This document shows positions 63,201 through 64,000 of a stretch of DNA of 64,000 nucleotides, piece by piece. This DNA is from Squalus acanthias. Taxonomy: Eukaryota. Position 1 is the stretch's first letter. The number at the start of each line of letters is the position of its first letter. Location: positions 97,776,001 to 97,840,000 of the forward strand of contig CM059431.1 of NCBI GenBank assembly GCA_030390025.1, written 5' to 3'. The notes under the pieces were generated by a model, which saw nothing but the letters and a program-made list of their open reading frames with translations, ran no database searches and was not told the origin of the DNA. Made by a program: the position numbers and the translations under genes.

Positions 63201-64000
63201 AATATTCACACTCCCGGGGTCCCCCTGTAAATATTCACACTCGCGGAGACCCCCTGTAAATATTCACACACTCCCGGGGACCCCCCTGTAAATATTCACA
63301 CACTTCCGGGGTCCCCCCCTGCAAATATTCACACACTCCCGGAGACCCCCTGTAAATATTCACACTCCCGGAGACCCCCTGTAAATATTCACACACTTCC
63401 GGGGTCCCCCCCTGTAAATATTCACACAGTCCCGGGGACCCACTGTAAATATTCACACACTCCCGGAGACCCCCCTGTAAATATTCACACTCCCGGAGAC
63501 CCCCTGTAAATATTCACACACTCCCGGAGACCCCCTGTAAATATTCACACATTCCCGGCACCCCCCCTGTAAATATTCACACTCCCGGAGACCCCCTGTA
63601 AATATTCACACACTCCCGGGAACCCCCTGTAAATATTCACACATTCCCGGCACCCCCCCTGTAAATATTCCCACACTCCCGGGGACCCCCTGTAAATATT
63701 CACACTCCCGGGGACCCCTTGTAAATATTCACACACTCCCGGAGACCCCCTGTAAATATTCACACTCCCGGAGACCCCCTGTAAATATTCACACTCCCGG
63801 GGACCCCCTGTAAATATTCACACACTCCCGGAGACCCCCTGTAAATATTCACACTCCCGGAGACCCCCTGTAAATATTCACACTCCCGGGGACCCTCTGT
63901 AAATATTCACACTCCCGGAGACCCCCTGTAAATATTCACACTCCCGGAGACCCCCTGTAAATATTCACACTCCCGGAGACCGCCCTGTATATATTCACAC
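60226..64000. repeat. Minisatellite of at least 3.7 kb with about 27-33-bp units (ccccctgtaaatattcacactcccggRgac), runs off the window
   Basis: Direct reading; presumably within an NAXD intron. Confidence 0.97.

Overview
Vertebrate nuclear DNA, almost certainly a cartilaginous fish (shark-type CR1 LINEs, V-SINE and DeuSINE fragments, Penelope-like elements). Two convergent housekeeping genes are present. On the + strand are 13 GT-AG coding exons (4616-52052, phases all compatible) of mitochondrial cysteinyl-tRNA synthetase CARS2; I did not find the N-terminal/HIGH-motif exons, so they probably lie upstream of the window. On the - strand are the last two coding exons of NAXD/CARKD (59773-59893, 57615-57765). 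The rest is intronic or intergenic repeat: many CR1 and L2 fragments, tRNA-headed DeuSINEs, a solo LTR with TSD, TA-targeting pogo/Tigger-like MITEs, two Penelope-like GIY-YIG fragments and about 12 tandem arrays, which generate nearly all the long ORFs in the track. Most notable: (i) minimal type I hammerhead ribozyme motifs in two Penelope-like families, including tiny TSD-flanked inserts that begin right at the ribozyme; (ii) a 33-bp minisatellite expanded inside DeuSINEs, with long opposite-orientation arrays bracketing two CARS2 exons; (iii) KIIK changed to KIIQ in a CARS2 motif implicated in persulfide synthesis. No prokaryotic system or CRISPR array is present.
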